DNA of 64,000 nt from Phoronis australis (taxonomy: Eukaryota; Animalia; Phoronida). Below are positions 13,851 through 26,446 of the stretch, one piece after another. Numbering within the stretch: position 1 is the stretch's first letter; every line of letters begins with the position of its first letter. The notes below the pieces were generated by a model. That model was not told where the DNA came from, searched no databases, and saw nothing but the letters and a program-made list of their open reading frames with translations. The position numbers and the translations under genes were made by a program. The stretch covers positions 13,640 to 77,639 of the forward strand of contig NMRA01000967.1 in the NCBI GenBank assembly GCA_002633005.1, read 5' to 3'.

Positions 13851-13986
13851 TAGAGTTCAATAACGCTAGGACCTCGCTAGAAAAGCAAGACCTCGCGAGA
13901 TTACGCGAGATATTGGCATGTATTTTAAGTGAGAACACGTGATTTCGGGTAGATTTTTCTAGCCGCGAGACACCTACTGAACTCTA
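13851..13986. mobile_element. MITE, same family as 6297-6434
   Basis: Ends tagagttca / tgaactcta. Internal ctaggacctcgctagaaaagcaagacctcgcgaga..gagaacacgtga is shared with 6310-6390. Confidence 0.65.
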
Positions 13987-15899
13987 TCTACCCTGGTTTG
14001 AGCTTAGAAAAAAAACGCACTACTTACTTCAACTGATATCAGGTGATTTTTTGTTATTGATAAAATAAGCTGCAGTCTAGCCATGCCAGACTGTTTCGTA
14101 ACTATAGAATGGGAAGATCGCCACGGTAACACCGTTAATACATCTGACGTGTTCCGGCGAAAAGGTTTTAATAGAGGTCATGGTATACATGAAAATGCAC
14201 GCGTTAATGCTGTTTCATTATAATGGCAATTTCCTGCAAACAAGTCGACATTTCAAGGGATTTAACAACTGATCAATAAAAACAACATCCTCCCAGTTAT
14301 AGATTGTGTCCATTTGCCGGATCGCGAGTGCGCATGCATGAAGTGAGATGAATTGTCGCCGTGGGATTTCCGATTGAGGTCTTTCAGTGTTTCACCGAGG
14401 AAGCGGTGTAATCATCAAGTGTATCCGTTATTAAAGTCACATGTTGTTTTTATTGTGAAGTATTGTTAGAAAATCGAAAAACGTTGCTGCTCAACACAGT
14501 TCTACAACCCAAATGCCATTGGCTCGTCAATTCGCCCATAAAATACAATATCTTTCTACTAAACTAAGTGCCTTTTGAAATGCAATTCAGATAGTTACTC
14601 CAGGCTCGGTTTACGTATCCACGCATAGTAGGCAATGAAACGTTCCACAATTGTCGTTTCTATGGTGGCTACATTTCCGTAGAGTCGGAGTCGACGTTGC
14701 ATAACATTTTTGGGTTACCAAAATTTTAGCAGTGTCATACTTTCGCAACACTCGTGTCGTGGACACGTAATATTTGTTGTGACCAATATATCCGGACGAA
14801 GGTAGAGGCGTAATATTTCTCTCCTAAGATGGCGGGTCGCTGAGTGACTAATTTTTCCTTTAGTGCTAAATTTAAGTTTTGCTAATGAGAGGACTTGTTC
14901 TTCAGATTTTACATTAAATAAAGCACGATCTTTGTGGAGTGTTAGAATATCATTTCAAGTCATGTCGCAGATACACTCCTGTTTTATAGCGTTTCAAACT
15001 GAGCCACATTCCTCCGATCAGAACACGCCAAATTGTCGGTACCCCTTTTGAATGGCAATATCGTATACAACATAATCGTAATAATATTTTATCTTTGAAG
15101 CTGCTGGGAATCCGACAGCTATCCAAAAACGAAATTTTGATCCAAACCATTTATCGCTATTCGGATGTTTAGCGATAACGTGTCATCTTAGGTGACGTAA
15201 GTTGGACCCGGAAATAAGAATAGACATGCCGTCACACTGGCTCCAAAACGTCGTAATGACGTCAAAATGACGCCATGCTAAAGATATTATCCCACTCGGA
15301 GTTTTTCATTCAGATGAAAAGTGATTTCTGGGCTATTACCAGAGTATAAAGTGACGTCATGCACAAAAAGTGACTCGACGTATCAAGTCAACATTTTGAG
15401 CTTGGTCTCACTAGTAGGAAATTGAGAAACAGTCAATTCCTTCCAGACTAGAAATCAAGTCTAACCTGTATAACAGAGTAGACCGTGACAACAGGCAGTT
15501 GCGTAAAGGCAGGTAATTTAAATTAAAAGCAGACAGGTTCACAGCAGGTTCAACTCAAGGGAGCAGAGGGGAGGTCCACTGTGTGACTGCAGTGACGGTT
15601 GAAGTAGACAGCGTTTGGATGCGGTGAGGATCAGTTACATCCTGGAGGAGTACATAGTTCATTCTCCACCCACCTATTGTCAAAGTAGTAGCTTAACTCC
15701 AGACATCCTTTCTCTAAAGACATTTCTGTGTTTTGAGTGTCCAAGCTTAGGCCTACTCAACGTTAGGAAAAGTTACATCGATGAACCACTCGAATGAACA
15801 ATTAATTATTTAGCTTATCTACATTTATACAGGCTTCAGCCAGTTCATAAAAAGGCTAGATACGATTTGTTTTAACTGAAGTGACGTTATCGGCTAGAA

Positions 15900-16130
15900 A
15901 ACGTCGATTTATTGAAATCGACCCCTGCGCGGATTCGAACTGGAACCTTCGCCTAACGCTGTGCTGACTAGCTAAATTCCACTGCGTAAATGACAAACTA
16001 TTTTGGTGTATTTAACTACCTACCTTGATTTCAGGGAATGTCTGGTAGACATCGGCGAGAATTGAAATCACGAAAACAACGTATTTCATTGTTATATAGC
16101 TCTGGTATAAGCTAATATTTAACGAAGTTA
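15900..16130 (-). repeat. Interspersed repeat containing a tRNA-like segment; second copy at ~46100-46340
   Basis: Minus strand reads ttagctagtcagcacagcg...gttcgaatccgcgcagggg (A/B-box-like). The flank ggtagacatcgg..tgaaat..gttatatag..aagctaata is shared with 46242-46335. Confidence 0.5.
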
Positions 16131-16486
16131 AAGGAAAATTTTGCAGTAGAACCATACACGATTTCATTTTGGAAACCACAGTTTATTAGTTAAGAACGAT
16201 GGGCATTAATAATATTGACTGTGGTGATAGAATATACCATTTCTGTGTTGAAGACGAGTCGCATTTTTTCTTCCTATTTGCCGCATTCCATGGTCTCGGG
16301 AAGATGTACGTGCCGTATGTGTTTTGGCGATTTCCAACCCTGGGTAAATTTCATTCATATAATGAGGGTATATTGTAAAAGTGAATGTTAAGTTCATGTT
16401 TACTTGTTAAAAAGAAGAGAGATGTTGTGCAGGGAAATGTTATATGCGTTTTATGAACCTGAATGCAATTATTGTACCATGGGCTT

Positions 16487-16901
16487 CAGTGCCCGGTTGC
16501 ATGAAACAGTCCCAAATAGTAACTCAACTAAGTTCCCTAAATCTACTGCGTGTTTTTGGACTTGTGGAAACAATTAATTGCGCTTTCTTGTATTGTGACT
16601 TTGATACAAATCGAGAGTGACCTCTACGTTGAATTGTCAATATTATTGGAAATAATTAGGGATCTTTTCATCCAACACTCCCAATTTCAGGACTGAGTCC
16701 CTATTTATAATTTTCAATGAACTCTGTGCTCAGTTTTTAGTAATATTATTAGAAAATTTTATTAATCAAATAGGAGCTCATAATAAAAATGAAATGATAG
16801 AAAAATATTGCATTTGTGAGTTCATAAAGACATAAATACACAAAAAGACAGGGACCTTAGTTGAGTCCCTATTTGGGACTGTTTCGGGCAACCGGCCACT
16901 G
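16487..16901. mobile_element. MITE with ~52 bp TIRs (PIF/Harbinger-like)
   Basis: cagtgcccggttgcatgaaacagtcccaaatagtaactcaactaagttccct versus agggaccttagttgagtccctatttgggactgtttcgggcaaccggccactg. The superfamily is inferred from the TIR style only. Confidence 0.85.
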
Positions 16902-18188
16902 GCCTTTTATACAATGGAAGCAATGGAAAAGTTAATATTGTAAAGCCTCCTCACATGTCATACCGGATAACAGAACATCCCGGTTACTGTCCAAAACCAA
17001 ACCATTCTCCATTAAACCTATTTAAAAGAATACGCATAATGTGGTGATTTATTGTCATATTTCCGGATGCTGTCATCAGAAACTGACTCTCACCCGTTTA
17101 TTAGCAGATGTACCTTCGCTTTATTTATGTCTAAAAACTATCCTAAACCATCTTATTAAATTCATGTGCCTTATCAGATCTTTGCGTCGGGATTAAGTCA
17201 GTCGTTTCCTGTTTAACTGTCGTACTCCGAGGCTATCCTCTTAGCATGATCAGCTTACTAGAGCGGTTACGATCACCGCCAATTCGAAGCCCGCTTAATG
17301 GAATATGCCGCTTAATAGCATGATTTACGTCGAAACCGTTGGCGTGGCGTTAAAGGGGCTTCTTTGGAACACCACCCCATCCAACAACAATTACAAAATG
17401 AGTTTCTGCCCTAAAAGCGATACTGTTCCTTTGCGGTTGCGACCGATTTTCTTCCCTCCCATTGCCTTAAGCAAAACCCTCCTACCAGACACCAAGATTG
17501 AAACAAATAAGTGCAGTGAGACGCAACCCTACAAAGAGACTATCACAGTTGTTAAAAATGCACCTTTCTTTCCCTTGGTTTGTAAGCCTTTTCTCCCGAT
17601 GGGGAAACCGAACCTCTTAACTAGCCTGAGATCAATCAAGCTTGAAATACGCGGGGAAATGTTTTGTCCCAAGAAGGTGAGAAGTTAAACTACAACTTTC
17701 ACGCACGCTGATCGATTTGTTATGAAAAATGAAAATCATTAGTTAATAAATTCCCTTTTGCACAGGAATTATTAATCAACTCTAATTAAAGTGTAATCAT
17801 CAAACTTCAAAATACACATTTCACTTTATATCCAACCACGGCAGCAGTTGACATCCACAGTTCTTCGTTTTTATCCTCATAGTCGAAATCTTCCGTTGGC
17901 GAAATTGTTTCGCCCACGCATCGCGCATAATCACGACCTGAAATGAAGAATAAACTAAAAAATCCTATCAAATTCAGTTGATTTTGAAAATAGTTGGTGT
18001 TGCTTTGAATGAAATTATTTGGGATTGAGTGTCGATTGCGTTACAATCCGTTTTATGAACCTTTTAACAAAATGAAGTGTAAATAGTATCTTTAAAGTAC
18101 CAGGTGGCATTTGAAAGTGTTACCCTGGAAAAGCAATAGACACGCCGTGCAAACTTTGAAGTTTATAGAATTTTTATATATTTTACAG

Positions 18189-18293
18189 GCTGTAGCATTT
18201 CGCGACATCAATCCCCAGGCGCCAGTTCATTTCTTAGTTCTACCTAAGAAGCCTATACGACAGCTGAGTGAAGCTCGTGACGACGATGAACAT
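18189..18293 (+). CDS. HINT1: HINT exon 2
   Basis: Acceptor ttttacag, then [35 protein letters not shown], then donor gtaatg. 105 nt, phase 0/0. Confidence 0.95.
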
Positions 18294-20789
18294 GTAATGT
18301 ACATAGGGAAACTGCGTTTTGTCTAGCTGGATTAGTGTTTGATTCACAAGTTGCTATATTCAAGTTGGTCGCATGGTCCAAAACAATTGAAAGGAATGGG
18401 GGATGACCGAACGTTAGATATTTTTATGAATACAGCTTTATTGCCCAAAACGATGGTCGCAGAAAGTATTTAAGTGGCAAAGAACGTAAAAATAGACTCA
18501 GTTGCATTAATCAAAGTGGTTCTCTGTCACTGAAACAGAAGTCAAACTGTTCACCAGGTATTTTACGGGTTGTTCGTAAAGATTCTGAATTTCTGGTGAT
18601 GTTGAAGCATTTTCCTTTAGTTTCAAATTTCAAAAAACGATCTGTCAAATGCTCGTCACTTCGTGGTTTTTTCTCCCACACGGCAAAACACGTCTCCTTA
18701 TTTCGTGTGGCAAGGCATAGACGTAACACCTTTCCCTTATATGGAAAATGTGACCTTTGACTTTTGATGTAACTGCGATTACAAGCTGCAGCCAGATGCG
18801 CGCATATATATTGTTAGGGCGGAAATTTGAAAACTGCATTGGGATGAACGGGTTTTTATTTCGTCTGTATTTCAAATATAGTGAATTTGACGATTTTTTC
18901 TTGAAATTCTTTCAATATTCAAAGTGAATAACTGTTGCGTTAGAATCCGCAAGAACTAGGTATTTTACGCGTTTTCGCGTTCCGTGCCTCTTTAAGTCAA
19001 TCACGTGACACTAGCCGTTTAGGTTAACTGTGTTTTTCAAAGGGAAGCTGACAATCGCCATCTTTTGCATAAGACATTCTTAAATATTTCAGTCCCCAGG
19101 TTAAGAGGTGCCAAAGACCAAAAGCCATGGCCTACAAACAGTTTCCACTGGAAATTGACTTATTTTATTCTGGTAGTGTAGGGAGTAGCTTGTTTTCGTT
19201 CATTTATACATGTATCTAACACAACTTCCTGGATACACCCTTGTTTTCTCTCACTCTTCTAAATTAGAGGAGGCGCGGTAATTATTCGTGAGAACTGCAT
19301 TAGAATGGTGATGCTCGGCAGGTAACAATCAGACGGAACCTTTGCTCTCAGGTTGGAGAATAGGTTCTGTTTTAACCTGTAAAATATACAGAATGCTGTT
19401 ACAAAAGTTGTAACCGAAACATACATTTGCTTGTTTTTTCATTGGGTATATCCATATAAATTATACTGGTTACACTAAATGGAACCTGACGACTATTACG
19501 AATGGAGGAACTATGGTAAGATATAGCATGCACACGTCAGTATGTTACAAAGAATAGGGCCTACTTCGATGTTGAAATAACCTTCGAGTGTTTATCACTG
19601 TTTTTATATAAGACTGGATGGTGATTACATAAAAACTTATCGGGCATCGTGCCGCATATCCACTTTGTCTGCCAGCGATGTGTTATTCAACTATGGAGGT
19701 TTAACAGTGCAATGTCATCGACACTTCTTGTTTACTTGCTGAATGTAATTAACTATTAGAACTGTCACTTTAATTTGTCGCACTTTTGTAATTCGAACTC
19801 CACGTACGCAGTTTTTATGTTTGATTTGCGACTTGTCGTCAACAATGATATTTGTGAAGAACTTGATGGAAAGTGTACTGAAAAGGGATAACATTGCTTA
19901 AGATATTCTCTCCTTTCGTCTGCTTATTTGGAACACCAAGTTTACCCAAGGAAAAGATTTTAAAGTTCATTCGAAAATTTCGACACTCCATGACTTTTGT
20001 GTAATTTTTGTACGATGTGCCAAATGATTGGCTTCAAAGACACATTTTCCATTAGTCGACGGGCGGAAAGTGAGGTCCTGTCTCAGTCTTACATTAGTTA
20101 AGGACACAGGTTCATCAGGGACTAAAACTCATTTCTTGTCTGAAAGATCGTCTGCTCGATAGATCTTATTCAAATGAATGTAAATGAGGCACAATTGTAG
20201 AACGTGTTCTAGCCTTTGAGATTTACGATCTGCCGTCTGACAACGATCTATTTTGTTCGGAAGTTTCAAGTCACCAACTCGTTTCCGTTTTTCACAGGGT
20301 TAGGGCGTCTAGTATGAGTGAAAATTTTTCTCTGAACGCTATCCGGGGTCTGAAAATTCTACGTATGTCCTTATTGTTACTCCCAGTCCAAATTAATGTC
20401 AGGGTTTTGATTTGGTTTTATTGTTCAGACGACGACGCAAGATATTTCTCCAAGATCTTTCGTGGGTGTTTCCAGTCAGCAACCAAACTCTTCGATGTAG
20501 GCAAAGTCTAGTAAGACTTCCTTTCGTTGAGACGATGTTGGTATTCATAATTATGTATATAACGACTTATTCGAAGAATCTGGTCGGCAACTTACTGCTC
20601 GGCTGATGGAACACAAAATTTAGTCTGAGAGTGAGCTCGTTGTCGTCTGATATTTCTGAACGTGCACTCAATCACAGCAACCGTAACTTTACGGTGAACA
20701 AGGGTGAGAGACCTAGATTCGTTCAAGATACTAGCAAAACACTTGCAAATAGAAATCTGTGGTTAGGAAATGGAAATAGTGATTTCTAT

Positions 20790-22463
20790 GTGCATTATAT
20801 CATCCCTGTTTGTCTGTCTGGTGTCCGGCTTCTGCTGCTTTATCTCTAAAACCATTTGATTATGTTCATGAAATTTTGCACATATGTTCCTTTCATGGAT
20901 AGGACGGTATGAGCGAATTTTCTGACGGATCCGACCACCGGTGTGCCTCCTAGTGGCACTTTTAATTTTTTAGGTTTACCTCTGTATCTTCACAAGTCCT
21001 CAACGGATTTTCATAAAATTTGTGAGATGACGCCACCTTTCCGTTTTTGGACGGATTTGAGATATTCTGCGCCACCTGGTGGCCATTTTTACTGTTTTTG
21101 AGTTTTATCAACCAAACCACCCTAAGGATGGTTGTGAAAATTGCCGTATAGTGTTCAAACTGTGAAGAGGACTGCTGACCGTTTCCGCGGCCGGGACGAC
21201 TTAGAATACTGTGGCACCTCCTATACTAGTGGCAGTTTTGTTTTTTGCGCCCATGGCTGTATCTCTTTAACCCTCTGCAGGAAGTTAAACTTGGCAAGTG
21301 TATGAAGTTGACACAGGACGACGGCGACTTTCCAACGGATCCGTCGAACGCTGTGCCCCCTCGTGGCAATTTCAATTTCCCGTTTTCCTCTCTCTGAAGT
21401 TCGTTGACGGATTTTTATGAAATTTAGTAAATAGCTTTCTATCAAAGAAATAATGTCATATTCCCGTTTTGATATGGAATCGACATTTTTTGGGCTATCT
21501 AATGGCAATTTTTACTGTTTTCTAGTCTGTTTTTGGGTCCGCCCCACTGACAACCAAACCACTCTAAGGATGTTTTTGAAAATTGGCGTTTATGTTTCTA
21601 TTGTGAAGAGTATGGCTGATGATTTTCGGACGACTCAGACTACTATGGCGCCTCCTAGTGGGAATAATTTTTGCGTCTGCCTATATCTTCCAAACGCTCT
21701 GCAGGATCTTTAAATTTGGTAAGTGTACTTCTATGAAGTTGCCAACTGAGATGACAATAGATGACGGCAAGTTTCAGACCAATCCAACTGCAGCTGTCTT
21801 CCCTAATGGCAGTTATACTTTTTACATTTGCCTCTGTAACTTCAGTGTTCTTTGATGCTTTTTCATTAAATTTGGTTAACAAGGTTCTAATATGTAGACA
21901 ACAGCACGTTTCCTTTTTGTGATGCATTCGACGTATTCTGCAACAACTAGTGCTCATTTCAATTTGTTTTTAGTCCGTTTTTTGTCGTCTGCTTCTGTTA
22001 GTATCTGCCAAACTGCGAGGAGCATCATGAAAATTAGCAGATGTGTTCCTGCTGACAAGAGGATGACTAACGTGGGTTTTCAAACGGGTCCAACTATTGT
22101 GGTGCCCTCTAATGACGTTTATTTTTTGCATCTACGGCTGTATCTCCTAAACCCCTTGCAAGGTGTTCTTGAATTTTTGTAATTGTATTCCTATTAACTT
22201 TGCAGCAGATGGATGGATTCGACTACCCCTGTAGTGGCAGTTTGTTGCTTTTTTACATTTGCCTTTGTATTTTTGGAGTACTTTGACGGATGTTCATGAT
22301 TTTTTGCAAATAGTTTTGAGAGACGACACCTTCACATTTTTGGATGGGTGTAATGTATTGTGTCCCATCTATTGGACATTTTAGGATACGACGAAACACT
22401 CATGGAAGCAATACCGTTTGCTATGCAGTCGTGGGCGTATTTCTACGCACCGCGTCGCTCTTG
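20790..22463 (+). mobile_element. Diverged Helentron-associated (HINE/DINE-1/pearl-like) element
   Basis: Same internal tandem units as 24027-25539. Its 3' end reads gtgggcgtatttctacgcaccgcgtcgctcttg. Confidence 0.75.
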
Positions 22464-23199
22464 CTCTAGCAGTTTTCTCCCATAATTCAACAGTGGCGAC
22501 CATTTTGCCAGTGTGCGTTAGTAGATAAAATCTTGAGCGCAGTACTCGCGCAACAGCAACGTGTCACTCGCGCCGTCTTGCGAACTCGTAAGAAACTCTG
22601 TTAGATTTCCTAACACTTGTGCAATCAAATGTTGACTGGGTCCCGAAAAGTTTTAACCGAAAAGTATCATCCGTGATTGATCAAAATTTTTGGAGGTGAG
22701 GACGTTCTACTTGTTTCTGATTAATCATGGTTTGAACTATAAAGCTTTTCTGTTTTGAACTCACCTCAGGTCTTTAGAGAAAAAATACAAACGCCTCCAT
22801 CTGTGCACTTTGTATATAGCTAAATCTGGAATGTTGTTCTAGAAGTGAGCGTCCAAAGTGTTTCGGACGGAAATGTATCCTTGGGCAAAATGGGCTCCGA
22901 CGTATAAATGGCTTTCTTTCGAGACTGATTAGTTACGGGGAACGTGGACCAGAGTAGTTCATCTCTCAAACTAATTGACCTCTACTGCTAATTATACCGT
23001 CCCACCTCTTTAGTGCACTCATTGAGCGGCCCTATTTATATGTTTCGCATCCATTGGAGTGACAAATGTGCATGTCTTGCGATCAGAAATAGTGAACGGA
23101 TATTGGCTAAACCAAGTTCGGAAACTGAAGTTTTATTTTTGTCATCCTCTACGTGTCTAATGACAACTTTTTAAATAGATTTTGACTTTTTTCAGATAT

Positions 23200-23985
23200 T
23201 TAGTGTATTTTATAAGTCTTGTTTTGTAAAAGAGATATGTATACCTCTGATGGCGATTTCGTTACTTTAGACCATATAATAAATAGGTTTAATGTAAAAC
23301 CAACTTTGTAGAATATAATGGTGTTGTTTTTGTTCTAAGAAGGTTTCAAAAAAGTTTATTTCAAAGTAAATTTAAAAGTGTTAATGTCTATTCTTTTTGG
23401 ATGCAATTAGTCACTCACAAAAAGTTGTGAAGGGTTGTAGACATATTTGTTCTATCTTTAACGACATTAAGAAACCTTTTAAGTCAGAGTGTAAATGGGA
23501 AATAGAGTTAGGAGATGGTTTAGATTGGAAGAAAATATACGCATTGCCGTATGAAATTACAAACGATCCCAACATTAGATGGTTCCAGTTAAAATATTAC
23601 ACAGGATTATTGCAACAAGAACTTTTTTAGTCAAAATCCAAGGTCGGGATTCTAATTTACGTTCCTTTTGCAAGAAAGCTCCAGAGACGCTGCACACCTT
23701 TTTGGGAATGTCGCCCTGTACAAAATTTTTGGAAAGAATTCAGAAAACTATTTCATAAGTGTCTCATTCAGCTTGCCAACTGTTTCTCTTGGACTTTATG
23801 AGACACATGATTTTCTATTTAACATTTTGCTATTACTAGCCAAACAGTACATTTGCAAGGAGAGATGTCACAAAAATATTCCTGATATTCATAAGTTTGT
23901 TAGATATACTTACGAATGCTATAATGCTGAAAAATTGATTGCATATAAAAAAATTGTGTATGACAGCTTCTCTGGGAAATAGGAA
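23200..23985 (+). mobile_element. Decayed L1/Tx1-type ORF2 C-terminal fragment
   Basis: KWEIELGDGLDWKKIYALPYEITNDPNIRWFQLK..HRIIATRTFL..SFCKKAPETLH..FNILLLLAKQYI is the typical zf-RVT/C-terminal signature. Frameshifted. Confidence 0.8.
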
Positions 23986-24026
23986 AATTTTATTGTTCAC
24001 GGTAACTCCATGTAACAGTTGTTTAC

Positions 24027-25539
24027 TTTATTATGCGCCCACATATTTATATGTGGCCGCATTATGCCGTCATCTCCGTCCGTCCGTCCCGCGTCCGTCC
24101 GGCGTCCGGTGTGCGGCTTACGGCGTCCGCTGCTCTATCTCCAAAACCGATTGACGTTTGTTCATGAAATTTTGCACATGTGTTCCTTTCATAGATGGGA
24201 CGGCATGAGCGAACTTTCGGACGGATCCGACTATCGGTGTACCCGATTGTGGCAATTTTAGTTTTTTACGTTTACTTCTGTATCTTCAAAGGTCCTCAAC
24301 ATATTTTCACGAAATTTGGTATATTCGCATCTAGACGGTATCTCCCGTTTTTGGATGGATTCGACGTAGTTTGCGCCACGTAGTGGTCATTTTTACTGTT
24401 TTCGCGTCTGTTTTTAGCGTCCACCCCTCTATCAACCAAACCGCTCGAAGCATGATTGTGAAAATTGGCATGTATGTTCTCACTATGAAGAGAACGGTTG
24501 ACGATGATATTCCGACGACTTCGACTACTGTGGCGCCTCCTAGTGGCAGTTTTGTTTTTTTTTCGTGTATTGCTAAACCGTTTGCAGGATCTTTAATATA
24601 TTTTGCATTTATATGATGATGACAACGGACAACAACTTTCGGAGAGATCTGACTACTGGTGTGCCACCTAGTGACAATTTTTTTTCACGTTTACCTCTGT
24701 ATCTTCAAAGGTCCTCAATGTATTTTCATAAAATTTGGTGTATAGGCTTCTGTTAGTGATATGACGCTATCTTTCCGTTTTCAGATGGATTCGACCTAGT
24801 TTGCCCACCTGGTGGCCATTTTTATTGTTTTTGAGTCTGTTTTTTGGCGTCCACCCCTCTATCTACCAAATCGCTTTCAGGATAATTGTGAAAATTGGCA
24901 TTATGTTTTTACTGTGAGGTGGACGGGTGACGATGATTTTCTAATGACTTCGACTACTGTGGCGCCTCCCAGTGGCAGTTTCGTTTTTTTTTGCGCCTAT
25001 GGCTGTATCTCCTAAACTGTTTGTGCGATCTTTACTAAATTTAAGAAGTGTGTTTATATGATGTTGACAACGGACGATGACGATTTTCGGATTGATCTGA
25101 TTGCTGGTGTGGCCCCTGGTGGCAATTTTAATTTTACGTTTACCTCTGTATCGTCAAAGGTCCTCAGCGGATTTTCATAAAATTTTGAATACGGGCATCT
25201 GCATCTCCTAAACCCACTGCAGGATCTTTATTAAATTTACTTTGTAATTGTATGTATATGAATCTAACGACAGACAATGACAACTTTCAGGCGTATCCAA
25301 TGAATGGCAATTTCATTTTATTCTGTTTTCCTTTGTTTCTCTGAAGTTCCATGATGGATTTCTATGAAATTTGGTATATAGCTTTCTATTCACGAAACAA
25401 AGACATGTTCCCGTTTTCGGATGGATTGTTTGTTTTTGCGCCATCTAGTGGACATTTTATGACACAAATAAACAACCCTAAAGGCCTACCCTTTGCGATG
25501 CATTCGTGGGCGCATTTCAACGCTCCGCGTTGCTCTTGT
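24027..25539 (+). mobile_element. Full-length non-autonomous Helentron-associated element (HINE/DINE-1/pearl-like) with internal tandem repeats
   Basis: 5' end: T-rich start, stem-loop atgcgcccacatat-t-tatatgtggccgcat, then a (GTCC)n microsatellite. Middle: ~430 bp units (cacccctcta at 24422 and 24853). 3' end: subterminal inverted repeat gtgggcgcat and hairpin caacgc-tcc-gcgttg followed by ctcttgt. Confidence 0.85.
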
Positions 25540-25639
25540 ACGAGATACGAAAATGGCCTCTCCTCAGGTGTGCATGCGTGAATGAATGAATGTACTTGTT
25601 TGTTTGTTTTTGTACGTGTTTACCAATGACAATTTTTAG

Positions 25640-25804
<165 letters not shown>

Positions 25805-25915
25805 CCTCTAAATAAACCGTCTCTCGGAAGAAACCCAGCAATGATCTATTGAGACACCCGAGTGTGCTGCATTTTCTCTAACAATTCTGGAATTTATTGG
25901 AGGCGTGATTTCTGC

Positions 25916-25921
25916 AATAAA
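25916..25921 (+). terminator. Candidate polyadenylation signal of HINT (alternative AATAAA at 25811)
   Basis: AATAAA followed by GT/T-rich sequence. Confidence 0.5.
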
Positions 25922-26446
25922 TGCTCGTGTTATTAACATATTTGATAGGTGTTGATTGCGCTGTTTCTTTACATGGGAATGTGTTATTTTTGGAAGGTGT
26001 TTTGTTCAATTTGGTATATTTTACTTGTATGATGTGAATCCTTCTTTATAAAAATGAAATGGAATAAAAATTATAACTTTGGCCTATAGCCCATATACAC
26101 ATATACATGAGGCAACAGCCCATGTAAACATACATGTATACATGAAGCAAATACAAGGGACGTGTAATTAACATATTGAAAGGAGGTGTGACATAATACA
26201 GGGAATTAGATTACCGGGTAACTATGAATTGAAACATATACTCTGCAACAGAAGCGTGGAATTTTCTACCTAGTCATTGTCCGAATACCTTTCGCAATAG
26301 GCTAAAACGAGTAGACATACCAAGACATTTGTAACTAGACTCAATGCCGAATCATTGTTAAGGACTATTTTTCATAACGACGTAATCGCCGTTTCTGAAA
26401 ATCATAATTTTGGACTTTGACATATCAATTACAAGTTTTAATTTTC

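Noticed and set aside
17055-17090. Hammerhead ribozyme core (minus strand CTGATGA..GAAA); similar partial hits at ~11603 and ~33810
   Set aside because: Stems I-III cannot be formed convincingly, or GAAA is missing.
24019-25581. Recurrent short ORFs (e.g. MIVKIGMYVLT, LCAHIFICGRIMP) as a peptide family
   Set aside because: They are translations of non-coding HINE units, and the frames are not conserved between copies.
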